Positions 25,401-40,744 of a DNA stretch of 64,000 bases are shown here, one piece after another. The position numbers and the translations under genes were made by a program. The stretch lies in NCBI GenBank assembly GCA_964188305.1, contig OZ076890.1; one strand, written 5' to 3'. Positions within the stretch are counted from its first letter, which is position 1. Each line of letters opens with the position of its first letter. The notes under the pieces were generated by a model. The model ran no database searches. It was given only the letters and a program-made list of their open reading frames with translations, and was not told the origin of the DNA. This DNA comes from Podarcis bocagei. Its lineage: Eukaryota.

Positions 25401-27614
25401 TTTTCAGAAGGTAAATCCCATTAAAGATAGTGGGACTTCCTTCTGAGTAGACGTACATAACAGCACCATAACTGTGACTAGTCTTTGATTTCATTCCAGC
25501 ATGCTATTAGTGGTTAGACACAGAAAGTACTATGGTCTCAAAGCAATCCTAAACATAATTAATTGGAATTTGTTTTTTTTTAATCAGTGGGACTTGCAAG
25601 TAAATATAGTTATATTTGGACTGTAAATTAGTAGCCAAAGATTTTTTTTTGAACCATCCAGAGTATTATCGTTATATTACTGTTCCTTAGTGTTTTGCTG
25701 ATGTACGGTATGTTCTTAAATTGTCTTTCAAGTTTAAAATATTCATTGCAATCCTAATACGTTTTGCAAAATTTGCAAAGTGAAATTTCAGGATTTATAC
25801 ATGATTTTTAGATTCCCCCCCCCCATGTTCCTTAGAGGGATCATAATTTGACCGTACCCTTTGTATTGTTTTGGTAATCATAACTTCTATATAGTTTTTA
25901 TTTAACAGAGCATTGAAATAAGCATATTATTTTTCCTCAAAGCTATTGGCTTAAAAAAATATGTTTCTTTCATTTCCAGGTTTTAAATATATTTTTTATC
26001 ACCCTCTTTTTCTGATATTTGTTTCATTTCCCAATCTTGTTATTTCTCTTTTTGGAAGGAGTGGGGACGGAATGATGTTCTCTTTTGGTAGTTTCCAATA
26101 ATGTAAATGATGCCACACAAAGCTAAGTACTAGTAAACTTTAATCAAAGATGGGTTTGCTGCTGGGGAACCTACTCTTCTGCCTTCTGGAAAATACTCCT
26201 TTTAAAAAGTGCTTTGGACTTATTTAGTAATCTATATAATGCTGTTTCAACAGACAAGCCTGAAAAAATATATAAGATCCCTGAATATGAATTCTGTGTA
26301 TAAGGTTTCCATTTATGTAAGTCAACATTGGTGTAGTTCTAAATAGACAAATATATTTCTCAATGTTTATCCATAATTATCCCTTTGATTCTAACCTATA
26401 ATTTGTCCCTATAGTCATACAACATTTCATGTTTAGAAGTTTTAAAATTATTCTATGACTGTCATGTTCTGCTGAGGTTCTGCTGTTAATTCAACATGAG
26501 CAATCTGATACCTTAAATGATTTTTGCTAAATGAAATGTTTCTCTGCTGTGCTATTTTCCTTGAAGAAATACAATCTTTATCATTAAAGGGTCACACATT
26601 CTGTATATTTTTTGTTGTTACTCCCATTTGATTTTTGCTAGTTAATAAATATTTTTTAAGCACAGAAACTTTCTTGTCTGATGGACAGGACAGTCCTATG
26701 ATCTCACTGTTCCTCATAGCCACTGCACAAGGCTATCACCACGGCTAAAGTTGTGCTCAATTAGCACAGCCAATGGCCATATAAACAAAAGGAAAGTTTC
26801 CTTTACTGGGGGTTGCAGGAACTATGAAGCAGGCAAGGAGACCACTTGGGTGCAAGTGGTGGAAAACCACATGTGAATCTGAACAAACACAAATAAGAAT
26901 TTATTATCAAGCCTATGGTGGTGGCATCTCCTTCTCTATTACCCAACTGAGGAGTTCCATCCATTGGTTCAGGAGCTTACCTGGTTCATTAAAGCAATAC
27001 GAGGCTACCTAGGATCTAGTCTTCTTTTGCTGGATGGTTTTGAATTGTTGAAACCAAAGGATATGGAGAAGTATTTAGATAAGTAGGCCTAAAGCATAAC
27101 CACATATTCCTTGCTCTTCTTGGCCTGTAACATCTAGCAGAAAGAAATTGGCTAAGTCCAGGAGGTAGTGAATGCCTCTTTGTGGAATGTGGAGATGGGA
27201 GTGGGTGTGGGTGTGGGGTTTCACCAGAACTGAATGCCATGGTTCTGTAACATGTTCCTTGGACACAAAATTGTAACAACTATAACAAGTCCAGTGACCA
27301 AGATGTTTGCCTGGACCTGAACAGTGGTAACTGCATAACAGTTTTTGATGAGGACTGGTTTTGGTAATAATTTTTTTTGCCAGCATATTGGATGACATCT
27401 GCAAAGCAGGGTTGACCCTTATCCATACTGGCTTATTACAGCTAGCTGTAGGGAGTTGACTGGGTGAGTCCAGCAAGTGACTAATACTTCACTGGAGCAT
27501 GGCAGGTGCCACCTGCCTTGAAGAAGGTGGTGGTGTACTCCTTACTTACCTGGACTAAAAAATATTAAAGCAACTATAACCCAGTGTCAAATATCCTTTT
27601 TTTGACACCTCTGG

Positions 27615-28512
27615 GAGTCATCATCATGAGATTTGAGGTGCAGTACCATCAACATGCAGCTCTCTTTTCGATCTGAAATGGGACGCAGGTGGCGCTGTGG
27701 TCTAAATCACAGAGCCTAGGGTTTGCCGATCAGAAGGTCGGCGGTTTGAATCCCCGTGACGGGGTGAGCTCCCGTTGCTCAGTCCCTGCTCCTGCCAACC
27801 TAGCAGTTCGAAAGCACGTCAAAGTGCACGTAGATAAATAGGTACCACCCCAGCGGGAAGGTAAACAGCATTTCTGTGCGCTGCTCTAGTTTCGCCAGCA
27901 TGTGGTCATGCTGGCCACATGACCCGGAAACTGTACGCCGGATCCTTCAGCCAGTAAAGTGAGATGAGCACCACAACCCCAGAGTCGTCTGCGACTGGAC
28001 CTAATGGTCAGGAGTCCCTTTACCTTTTTATTCCATCTGAATCAGGAGAGATAGCTGAGCTATTTGACTAGTAACTGGAGGTGGTGATGGATTGGATGTG
28101 AGACAATAAAATGAAGCTGAATCTTGAAAAGGGGTTTCATGTGTGAGTGGTGGGGAGGCAGCCTGATATGGATGGGGTTGCACGCCTCTGGAAGGAGCAG
28201 GTTTGCAGCTTGGGGTGTTCCTGGTGCTCAGGTGGCCTTGGTAACTGGAGCCCTTTGGCTGGTTTACCAGCTATGGCCGTTTTGGACAGAGATGACTTGG
28301 CCACTGCACTCCATACTCTGGTAACTTCCAAACTGGATTATTGCAATGTGATTTATGTGAGGCTGCCTTTGAAGACAAGTCAGAAATTTCAATTTGTCCA
28401 AAATGCAGTGAACAGATTACTGGCTGGGGTTCTGTTTAGATCTTGTGTGACCTCTGTTTTAAAATAGCTGCACTGGTTGCCAATCTGTTTCCAGACCAAT
28501 TCAAAGTGCTTA
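27615..28512 (+). mobile_element. L2-clade LINE ORF2 remnant, split by the Sauria SINE (ends approximate)
   Basis: Degenerate peptide LHTLVTSKLDYCNVIYVRLPLKTSQKFQFVQNAVNRLL, typical of the L2 post-RT region. Confidence 0.8.
27680..28028 (+). mobile_element. Sauria SINE (Squam1-type), near full length
   Basis: GGGACGCAGGTGGCGCTGTGG tRNA-like head, recognisable Sauria-SINE body, CCTTTACCTTT tail; imperfect flanking repeat ttcgatctgaa / ttccatctgaa. Confidence 0.9.
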
Positions 28513-31500
28513 CATGTTCCCCAGTGCTGCAGTGGGGCAAGACATTCCATTCATTGGTGTTTTGAGTGCTCTGTGTATCTCAGGGAAAGTGAAAGATAAA
28601 GGGTGTTGGGGAGTCCTGCTTCATTGTTTGTGCTCCTGCTCCATTCCTTATTCATGCAGGGTGGAGTGACTTCTCCTTGCATCTCTAGTTGTAGCAAGTG
28701 TTAGCAGTGCACCCTTCTCACTTTGTTGTAAGTCTTGGCTGTTTGTGCAAAGGGGACTTTTACCACAAAAGTCTCACTGGGTGTCTATAAGTTCAGTGCC
28801 CAAGGATGCTCCAGATCTGTAAACATATCACGTGTCAATGTATGTTCATAGAGAGACTTATAAGCCATCCCCCCATTTCCAACAGATTATAATTCAAGGA
28901 TGCTCTGTTGGACCTTTGATGTGTAATGCTCGTGATTACAAGGAAACTTGAGAAGCTTTAATGTTTGAATGGATTATTTCAAGCTTTTTTCAAGTTAAAA
29001 TGTTTACATAAACTTTGCAATAAATCAATGTAGTTTCATAATAAATTACACGTGATGCCATTTAACCAGTACCATGAATTAGAAAATTATTTGGTTTATA
29101 ACTAGCTGAAATATTTGTTGCTTCCACGTGTCTAAGTTGTTTTTATGTGTTTAGTTCATGTGTTTTGCAAACATAACTCAAATTATTGGGTATTTCTATA
29201 GCCAAGTTTCCTGCATATTAGGACAGGTCAAACTTTCTTCCTGTGAGTTAGCCAAGGTAACACAGACAAAGGTTATTTCTCACAGTTTAGCAAAGGAATT
29301 TGAGCCATGGGCTAATTTGCAGCTACTGGGGGGTGGGCCTTGTCTCCCCAGAATTTCACAGGGCTTCTGCATATCAAATGGCTGGGTAAGATCCAAGAGG
29401 AGGGGCATTGGGCCTTCTTAAAGTGCCGGTTGCCCTCAGACTCAGCCTTTCTCCTTTTGGGGCTGAATTTTCCAACTCTCACTGCATCAGTTTTAGAGAC
29501 TCCCACTGAGGCGTGAGTGGTTGCTGGTTTACAGGGCCAGAAAGGAATTTTACTTTTAACCGCAATGGGCCTTCCATTGAAAGGTTTTCACTTTTCTCTC
29601 AGTGGATTGCAGGTATTTGTTAGGTGTCTTCTACAAATCTATTAGTTACAACTTGAGCAGAAATGGCATTGGGTAGGATCTGAACATAAGTGTCTTTAGG
29701 AGGTGCACCAGCTCCTGGCCTGAGCATGGGTGGGCTGGGTCTGGTGTCACACATCTCAGGTTACCAGCAGGATTCCAGCTGCAAGTTGTGCACCGTGCTG
29801 GGTCAACTTCCAAGGAATTCCCTAGTAGGTGTTCTGGGATGGTGTTTTCAGACCAGAAATCTTACAGGATGACAGACCCTGACCCAGTGCCATGCCAACC
29901 CTGCTTACCTCACTGTGGTCAAGAAAAGTTCCAGCCTATTTTCACCCACTCCTGTGTCCTGGTCATTATTCACTCTCTACCTGGCCTAGGGAGGGCCATC
30001 ACAATGTGCCTGGCATGTAACTGTATCTTCACTGTTATTAAAATAAAAATTGAAAACTTGCTGGCTGCCTTAGGAGATGCAGATAGAGTGAACATGATAG
30101 GGAACAAGTCTACTCTGCAGCATTTATTCAAATTCAAATAAAGCAAAACCTGTGAGAAGGAGAACTATGCAAGACATTCAGGTGCCACATATTCACCCAA
30201 TCAAGGCCCATACCAGAATTTGAAACTATGGGAGACCATGCAATTTTCCTAGCAATTGTTTCTCAGTCTGTATATATTATACAATTGCTGTATTTTAGCA
30301 AAAAATTGTATTTGTATATAATTTTGCTCCTGACATTTCAATCCTCCCTTTTTTACACACAGTGGAGTATCTATGTTTTCATCTTACCATGAGTCTTTAG
30401 GACTCTTGCTGCTATTAAAAATCTATGTACACCCAGCTGTGTGCTAGCAGCTATGGTGAGGATATGCTATTGTGAAATCTGTGTTTTACTGTTTGAAAAC
30501 TCCTGGCTGTAATATAAATGCTAGTAGACATGAGCCAGTCTTTCTGCTTGAAGGCTGAGAAACATACCTAAACAGTTGCACATCAACTTCCTCTCAATCA
30601 CAACCCATGGTGGGGAGAACAAACCATCCTTGAGGGAGATGTGATGCTGCACTGCATAGACAAGGTTGCTGGGTTGCTGTGACAATCAGATTGAGTGTAA
30701 TGTAGTAATCACTGTATAGTTTCTGATCCAGAAACAGACACACTCATCAGGCAAATTTGTTTTCACTTGTTTTATATCTTGTACAAAAATATACTAGACA
30801 TAGTTTTTTTAATGTTAATTTTTGAGTGCATTCGGAAATATTTCTACTCAAAAGTAAATTCAGCTAAATTCATTGGGACTCTCTCCCAGGTAAGTGTGCA
30901 TAGGACTGCAGCCTCTGGATCTTTTTTTTTTAAAAAATGAAAACCACTGAAATCTGAATTACTATTTGTGATTTAATAAATTAAAACTACATGAAATTAG
31001 TGCTTCTTAATTGCATGACTGAAATTTTACAAAATCTGAACTATAAAGTGTGTAACATGTCATGCCATTTTCTAGGAATGCCTGGGAAGGTTAAAAATTG
31101 AGAAGGTTATATTACTCAGAAAATTGTACTCTACAAAATGGAACACCTTGTTGGAATTCACCTGTTCATGCAACATTGAGCTCATATTTACAACGTCAGC
31201 TACTCGTTTTGTTTCCATCTTGAATATTGCCTTAATAACAAAAATAACTCAGTTATTTAAATTAATAGTTAAGTGCATCTGAAGAATAAGATGGCAGTAA
31301 CCATGAAAAGAACCATCTGATTGAAATTGGCTTGTTTGTTAATGTGAACCTTTTGAAGAACGTATAACTTGAACATACTTTGGAATTCCATATGTTGGCA
31401 AATGGTGCTCAGGCAGCTTCTTGTCAGATAACAATCTTTATTTCATTAGTGCATCACTACTTTGGAATGTTCATATCTTGATTTAGAAGCAGTGGCAACT

Positions 31501-33051
31501 GAGGAACCCCCTGCCTTGCAAACACTGAAACTAACTTGATAATTTCTGTTATGGAATGTTGAAGCCACCTTTGGCTGTCATAATGAATTGAGCATGGCAC
31601 ATTTCAGTCTACATTTGAATGATAATGGGGGGAGCCTTATTCATGAAGATTCAAAAGGTTGCTAACCAAGATTATTAAAATCTAGAAATCAAATAACATG
31701 TGGGTTTTTTCCCTGCTAGCACCTTTGAAGTGATGCTATCAACCTGAACCACAGCAGGACTGCCATTCTGTAATTATTGAAAATGACTTCTGAATGAGAA
31801 ACAGTATTTATGCTTGCCTCAATTTTTCAGTGGTGATTATCTATTTGCTAATGCTGTGCCTTTCAGTCAAGATTATTGGGATTCAAGAGATGTTTTGCTG
31901 CTTATGGTAGACATTTTTCACTCCTGCTCTTAAAATTGAAGCTTTGCTACTCTGTGTATTGTTTTGGATCCAGAATAATGTCTTCTATTTTAGTAGGTAC
32001 TCCAGACATCTTTCTCCTTAGGCCAGATTTCCAGAATTGAGAGGGAGCTCTTATTTCTCCTTCAGTTTTTGAATCTATGTCCATTTTTAATGTTCATGTT
32101 GATGTATATCTATTCCATTTTTGTGTGTGTCTTTTCATCACATTACATCTCACTGTACTACCAAGCATATCTTGCCAGATTTTGCAGACCTCACATTTCA
32201 GTCTCTGTACCCCACAAAGGTGTCATGATTAGTATTTACAGTAAAGTCCCAGTTCCCTGTCACAATTTATTCATTTTTCTTCTTACAAAGGATTATCTAC
32301 TATGCCCTCTATCCCTGAAACCCCAAAATGAAATATTTGTGCCCTGCTATACTGCTATAGGTTAAACACAACGTGATTGCTAGTGTAGATGCTAAGTCCT
32401 AAGTTGTGTTTAAATGCATTGGTTACCAGAAAAATCACAAAACAAGTCCATTGTTTGGCAAACATAAAAATGTATCTGCTTACTTTTAATATTCCAGTTA
32501 AAATAAAAGCAAATTAACTATCCTGGAAATTAGAGTTATTACATGCTATGACAACTAGAAGTGGGTGGACACCCCCCCCCAAGCAAGTACTATAGCTAAA
32601 CAAGGACATAGGGTTTAAAATGTGGTGTTAACTGAAAAAGTGTGTTTTAAGGAACACCCCTTGGTAAAAACATTGAAGAACATTGTTTATATGACTTCTG
32701 TGAAGCTAGGGACCAAAACATGTAACATTGGGAATATATTCAGAAAGAGATATTTCAGCTCTGTCTGTGTGATGCAATTTATATTAAACTCTAGGAAAAT
32801 GATTTGTCTATGTTGTAGCTTAGGAAATTTGCAATATGTAGGCACCTAGTAGTTGGGGAAAGGGGTGGATTGAAACAATCCTTGTAATGTCACCAGTATA
32901 TATTCCCTGGATGACATGGAATACTTTTATCCATGCAACTCACAAAGAGGTCAGCTATGCAAACATTGCATTTTCTGGTGCATAAACATTTAGATTTACT
33001 GTGATAATAAAAACATGAAAGTGATTCAGTGATAATCACGTATGCATTTAA

Positions 33052-33210
<159 letters not shown>

Positions 33211-33675
33211 TGAATTGTCATTGTCGAACTTCCTGATAATTTTGAAATTGCTCTCATAACAAAGTGAAACTACATCCTTTTTTGGGAACCGGGGGGGGGG
33301 GGGAGGTGTGAAATTGCAAACTTCTGCTACCAGATTGCAAACTTGGCAATATAAAGAGGAGATCCACAAACCAAGATCCATAAACCAACTGTCACCCATC
33401 CATAGACATGGCAGTCTGTGTGTGATTCATATAGCCTTTACAGGAAAAGTTACTGAAGAAGAAATTTCACCCATTTTCAGTGACACTGTTTCCTGTCCTT
33501 GCAGTTTTGAGGGGGAGGCGAACCATACAGAAAATGGAGTTTCAGAGACTCAAAGGAGTATAGCAATATTTCCTTGGTACTGGATACTCAAATTGTTCAT
33601 GTTAGTTTTGAATAGATTTCTCATATAGTTCAGAATTCTGCCACTTCATTTTGTACAAATTATAGCAGCTATTGC

Positions 33676-33822
33676 CAGTGGCGTAGCGTGGGTTGTCAGC
33701 ACCCGGGGCAAGGCAAGTAATTTGCGCCCCCTAACCCGTGGATTTGCGCCCCCTAACCCTAACCCCCAGATGTTGCGCCCGGTGCGCCCGGCCCCCCCTG
33801 CACCCCCCACGCTACGCCACTG
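33676..33822. mobile_element. hAT-type MITE with perfect 8-bp TSD
   Basis: TIR CAGTGGCGTAGCGTGGG / CCCACGCTACGCCACTG; TSD GCTATTGC at 33668-33675 and 33823-33830. Confidence 0.9.
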
Positions 33823-34262
33823 GCTATTGCAGGCCAAGGTGCTAGGCCTCTTCTGTCTCTGACCCTCCAAGTAAAATAAAGGACACCATAGACTGGCTTT
33901 TTGGATGGAAACAGGCCACAACTTTTTGAATACAGATGAAAAAGGTTTGGCTTAGGCTTGAGGCTTAGGCATTACTTCTGGCCCATCTGCCAGAAGTGAC
34001 GCCAGGTCAATTCGGCCACGGCGGTTCCTAAGTCTTACATCAAATAGGGGGAGCCCCACAGGAATCACTGTCTGGAGGAGTGCTATCAGTCCTGGCCCCC
34101 AATTGGACATCATCATCATAATAATAAGGACATAAACAACTCCCCCCGGATCCCTTTAACAGCATGCCCTAGCATTAAAGGGGCAAGTGGAGACTACAAC
34201 CGTTCCTCCACCCAAGACTAAGACTGTCCCAATGCTTAACTAAGTTGTGACAATTGCCATGA

Positions 34263-34760
<498 letters not shown>

Positions 34761-36851
34761 TAGCCAAGAGCCAGCACAGTCATTTGGCCTTAACAGTCAA
34801 TACAAGGCTCATGCTATGAGCCTCAACCTGCTTTGCAGATCAGCTTCTTCACCTCCTCTTTTCACCTTCTCTGATTCTTCTCCCAATCCCTTCTGTTCCA
34901 CACATACACATGCCCACTTTTCTATTTGATTATGGTTTTTGGTCCTCTTGATTATTTTGTACAGAGTGTTTTTTTTGTACTTGTTCATAATTTTCATGCA
35001 AATACCATGTACGCAAAGGCCTCTCTCCTGGGTTTACATGGTGCTCTTCAGACTGCATTCGCATCAGTATTCACCCCTGAACTTCACTAACTGCTTCAGA
35101 ACATGGAGGTTCATTTGCTGCTTCACTGACTAATAGTCATTGGTAAAATACTGTTTCAGTGTATTTGCGGCTTTTTAAAGACACCTGTGCTAGTACTGTG
35201 TCTGTGCTAATTAACTTCATAGCTAATTCTGCACTATGCAAATAATTAATGATAAATGCTGATTTATTTTAGTCCTGAACTTCCACAGATGGTGAATCTT
35301 TTTGCTGTTATCTCTTCATTGTGTTTATTGTTTTATAAAGCTTTATAAACCTTTTCCCTCTTCTTCTGCCTGCTCCTCTCCCCTCTCTGGCTGTCAGATT
35401 CTTAACTTGCTGTTTATGAGCCTACCATAGATTTAAAACCATTGTTTAAGGTTTCACTGTGTAATATTAAAGTCTAACTTGTGTGGACAATTTTCTTGGC
35501 TGAAAATGTCATGCTACATAAATCCTGAATCTGTCTGAAAAGTGTTTGAGCCTTGGTTTAGCTCTATAAATTACCCTTTCAGACGTCTCTTCTTTCCTTG
35601 AATGATACTATTTTATCTATATAGCTGTTATTTAAGTAAAAGCTTTGTTTCATTGTTTTTTTCCATTTTCAGTGCACCACAATTTAAGCCAATTTAAGCT
35701 TCAATTCTGAAATGGCAAAACTGAAAGCAAAATCACTTTTTAATTCACTTGACTTTTAAATGTGACTCCTTTAAGTCTAGAGCACAGATAATTAGATTGA
35801 AGGAATACTACATTATCTGATAATCTGTCAGTTTTTACCTGGAACACACATAAAGAATTGTGGCAGCTGTTATTTACAGTTTTCACAACAATAAAGCTTA
35901 TATGGTCCTTTAGCTTTATAAAAAGCTGGAAGTCTTTTCTTATTTGCATAGAAAGTTTTGTATTAATTTTAAATCCAGATACAAATTTAAAAATAAAATT
36001 GTTGCCAGACTGAAAAGAAAATAAGTTTTGCGGTCATATTTATATAACCTAAAATGTACATTACTCTCCCATCTTATTCCTGATTACTTTAAATCTTGGC
36101 TATCTCTTTGCCTTCCACTTGCATCTTAGAAGGTCAGCCCTGCTTCTCTCAAATTGTTGCCTGTTGTAGCCATGGCATCATCAGTTCTATAAACTTATGT
36201 TTCCACATGAGGCCTAGGGATAGGCTAATTGATATAAAGAATATCAGCAGTTCTTTTAGAAGACACCATGTTTGCTTAAATAATGGTTCTTGTGCATATA
36301 GACCTCACATGGACATAGAGGCTAATACTGTAACCATTGGTATGCAGTCTCCACCATATTGTATGTCTGTCCACAGAATCTCACATACAATTGTTCAGTC
36401 TTACAGACTGAATTAGGGCTTTTCGTGTTATAGATACTGTTGGTGATCAATTCTTCAGCCTTTTTAAACATGATATTCCGCAGTAATTTTTCCAGGACAT
36501 TGGGTTACTCCTACTGCTATTTTGTATCTAATTTATTGCTGGGAAAGACGCAATCTTTTGCTTTCATTGGAGAGCTTACACAGTAAATCCTGCGGATGTA
36601 TGCATATGGCAAGTTTTATTGAATGCTAAATCATTTTATGATTACCCTAATGTAAGTTATTATAATGTGAAGAGTTAGATCAGGTTAACAATATTTTAGA
36701 AGAATTCAGATTGATGGGTCTATTTAGAGGGGAAAACTTTTTTTCTTGTATGCACATAGGAAAATAATTCCAAACCATTAAGTTACAAGAAGCCTACTCA
36801 TGATAAATTACTTTCGTATCACATGAAGAAAGTGTAAATACATTAATCTAA

Positions 36852-37004
<153 letters not shown>

Positions 37005-38203
37005 TGACCTCAGACACAAATTGTACATTTAATTGTGTTTTAATATACATTTACAGAAATTATTGATTATATTTATAGAAGTTTTTAAAATGTAAATTGT
37101 CCTTATTATTCCAGATCATTCTACACAATGCAGGTTATGTGGTTAATGTTTGAAGATTCTTGTTGACGGTTCATTACCAGTGTCACAAATTGGCAGTTAA
37201 GAACAAATTGCCAACTTCTTCTCAATTTTATAAGACCATTCATGATACTATTGCAATTTGATTCCCAGAGTGAAGCAGCAGGGAAGTAATTGAAACTCAA
37301 CCCTAGCTTTTGAGGAATTTCCCCGCACATATTTGAACAACATAATTTAAAATCTTATTATTTCAATGTCAGTGAAATACTCTTGTGAGAATATATGAGA
37401 TGTTATAGAATTCATCTTGATAATACGTATTCTTCATATTCGTTTGAGTTCAGTGACACATATTCCAGGTAAGCTTGGAGAAGCTTGAAGCCTAAGAGCC
37501 CTTGAAGGCAAGGATCATGTCGGCTGCTGGCTGGCCCTGAGTAGAAGGAGGATGCTTAGGTGGGCTGGCAGAAGCCTCCTAATAGAGATGAGAAAGCTGT
37601 AGTGGTGCAACGAGGGGAGAAAAGAAGTTGAGGGTGAGATGAGGAGATCAAATCAGATCTACAGCTTCTGTTTACTTCTCTCCTCCTCTAGTTTGCACCT
37701 GACTGCATAAAGGCAGTCTGCATTCCCCTGTTTTAGAGACCCTTCTTCTTCCTTTTCTTTTTAAAAAGAATACACAGGTCTGCAAACATTAGGGCTCCCT
37801 TGAGTCCTGAATGGTAGCAAATAGATGGAGTGATTACTATAAGGTTCTCTACTAATGCTACTATATTGCAGCTTGCATACAAAAAAAGTATCCTATAGCT
37901 TCAAAGTGAGCTATGATTAATTCCCCCTTTTCCTCATAGTTGATGAGAATATAAAGTTATTTTAAAAGTTTGAATGAAAATAAGAAACGTTATTCAAGCA
38001 AAGACAGAATATACAGTATAGTTTCTATGATTCTCCAAACATTTTTATTGAATTGTTTGCAGAGCTCGGTTAAGGAATAAAATCAGCTTTCTTTTAACAT
38101 CACTGTCAGATTCCCATAGTCTATTCTATAGAAACATATTATAGGAAGGTTTGGTCTGAAAAGTCTGTGTTAAAACGAGTAGCAGCATTGGAGGCATGTA
38201 ATA

Positions 38204-38434
38204 CAGTGGTATCTCTGGTTATGTACTTAATTCGTTCCGGAGGTCCGTTCTTAACCTGAAACTGTTCTTAACCTGAAGCACCACTTTAGCTAATGGGGCC
38301 TACCGCTGCTGCCGCATGATTTCTGTTCTCATCCTGAAGCAAAGTTCTTAACCTGAGGTACTATTTCTGGGTTAGCGGAGTCTGTAACCTGAAGCGTATA
38401 TAACCTGAAGTGTATGTAACCCGAGGTACCACTG
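38204..38434. mobile_element. Tc1/mariner-type MITE (CAGTGGTACCTC family)
   Basis: TA flanks on both sides, TIRs, homologous to 3496..4147. Confidence 0.9.
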
Positions 38435-38979
38435 TAGTGGAAGGCATAGAAGTTTGTGGTGCACTGGAATACTATCACTCCAAAGTAAAATGCAAGGTTG
38501 TGCTGAATTGCTATAGGTGTTTATTGCAATGTAAGATTAACCTTTTCTTTTATGTGGATTTCAGTTATGTGGTAAAATTCTGCATTTTTATGGATAAATA
38601 ACTAAATAACAGCAGGAAGAGATTATAGAGTGAAGCTAACATATAGCTAACTTTATGTTCTAGCCAAAGCTACAAGTGGATTTCTCCATAGATAATGAGA
38701 GTTAGCACGAGCCAATGATGCAATATAAGTGTTTGTGTGAAACAGAAGATAGTTTTCAGAATAGGGTACTCAGTTGCCCTTTGTAGAGGTTCTAAACTAC
38801 TGAACCCTAATATTGTGTAATATTGTGATAAAATAATAAAACCAATACGTACACTGTGCACCATTATTTACTGGATTTTATGGTATTAAACATAGAATTT
38901 CAGCATTATTGTGTCTTTCAGTCCAATGAAAGACAGGTTTGAAGGCAGGTTGTCCTGATTTCAGCAAAATATGTCCTGA

Positions 38980-39267
<288 letters not shown>

Positions 39268-40744
39268 TAGTTCACTCTATGTTGATGCTGTTGTTGAGTG
39301 ACTGACACATCACCATTGGTTGTTTTTTAAATTTTTGGTAAGAAACGAAGCAAAGCCTGGCATTTAAGTGTAATTTGCCCTTCAGTTGTATTGAATGATG
39401 AGGATAAGAAGCTGGAGGTCATTGCTATATACACCTTCTTTTTTGCAAATTCAATTAGATAAAAATAGAATTAAAATGTAAATCATGCAGTCATATTCAT
39501 ATGATCCCTGTTGTTTTCATAACTACTGTGGAAAGATTAGAAAATATAGTCACCAATTTTATTTTGAATTGAAAATAATGAATTTAGGTAACCACTCAAA
39601 AAAGAACTATTAAAAGACCATTAAAATCCTGCAAAGTGAGGGGAAAGCCAATACTTCCCCACCCCCAGTGCTCTCTTACTCTTTTTTTTTTTTTAGTGAA
39701 CTAGCAAATGGATTTAAAGACATCCAGTCTTTGTGGGACTTTGTGTTTCTGGCTGTGTCCCAGTTTCTGTTGTCATTGAGTGTTGTCAAAGCAGATGATT
39801 CTCCACTGAGCCCAATTTAAAACCAATGACCTGCTTTTATTCCAGCAAACTCATTTTATTGCTTCCCTTGAAGCCTGGGTGACTGAAATAACTTAAAGTA
39901 TTATAGGAACCCAATTCATGGTACATGTGAATTAATAGAATCCCTAGGGCCTGTGGATATTCTTGTATTTTATTTTCATAGTGAATTGATTCATGTACAG
40001 TTGTGGGGAATTTTCTCACATGATAAATTTATTGTCATATACTTAATAATACAGAACAAATCTATGGACTGTCATCAGATTCATCCAGGATGATCCAGGA
40101 TATATGAACAAAAAATGCATTTCTTTTTGTGACATCTGTTTGCCTATATGCACAAAGCAAAACAATATAAATAGTTTTGCATATCTTAATCTATTGCATC
40201 CATTTAAGACATGGATTTCATTTTTTGTTTTGGGATGTGATGGCTGTCTTTCTTGAAGCTTAGTTAAATGTTCTGCAACAAGGAAACAGCTGCTTCATAA
40301 AATAATTTGTATTAGTGCTATCTTTAAATAAATAGAAATTATCTTCTTAAATTCTGATTTTCTTATTGATGGTCTAAGCTATTGTAAATTTTCCTGTAAA
40401 TACAAAATTTGATACAAACAATTTTCGCTATTTTGGTCTTTAAAAGTAATGAAATTAAATAGGAGGTGATCCTTGTTTATTTTCCTGAATTGTACACATC
40501 AATCAAACAAGAGTCTGAATCGAAGCACTGAAGCCATTTAGTCACTGAAGAATTTAGACATAATATCAGTATAAAGAAAGGCAAGGGGGACCTATGCAGG
40601 AGCACACCTCATTAACAATATATTGGACTGATATTATGTCTAAATTCTGGCAGGCAAGGCCCATGCTGCTATAATTGTTCTGTTTTTAATTATTTTAACT
40701 GCTTTTAATTTGTGGGGGTTTGTTTTTTGGGGGGGTTGTTTTTA

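Noticed and set aside
31492-31520. WQLRN-like match to the missing exon
   Set aside because: Only 3-4 codons match, there is no proper acceptor, and the downstream sequence is unrelated
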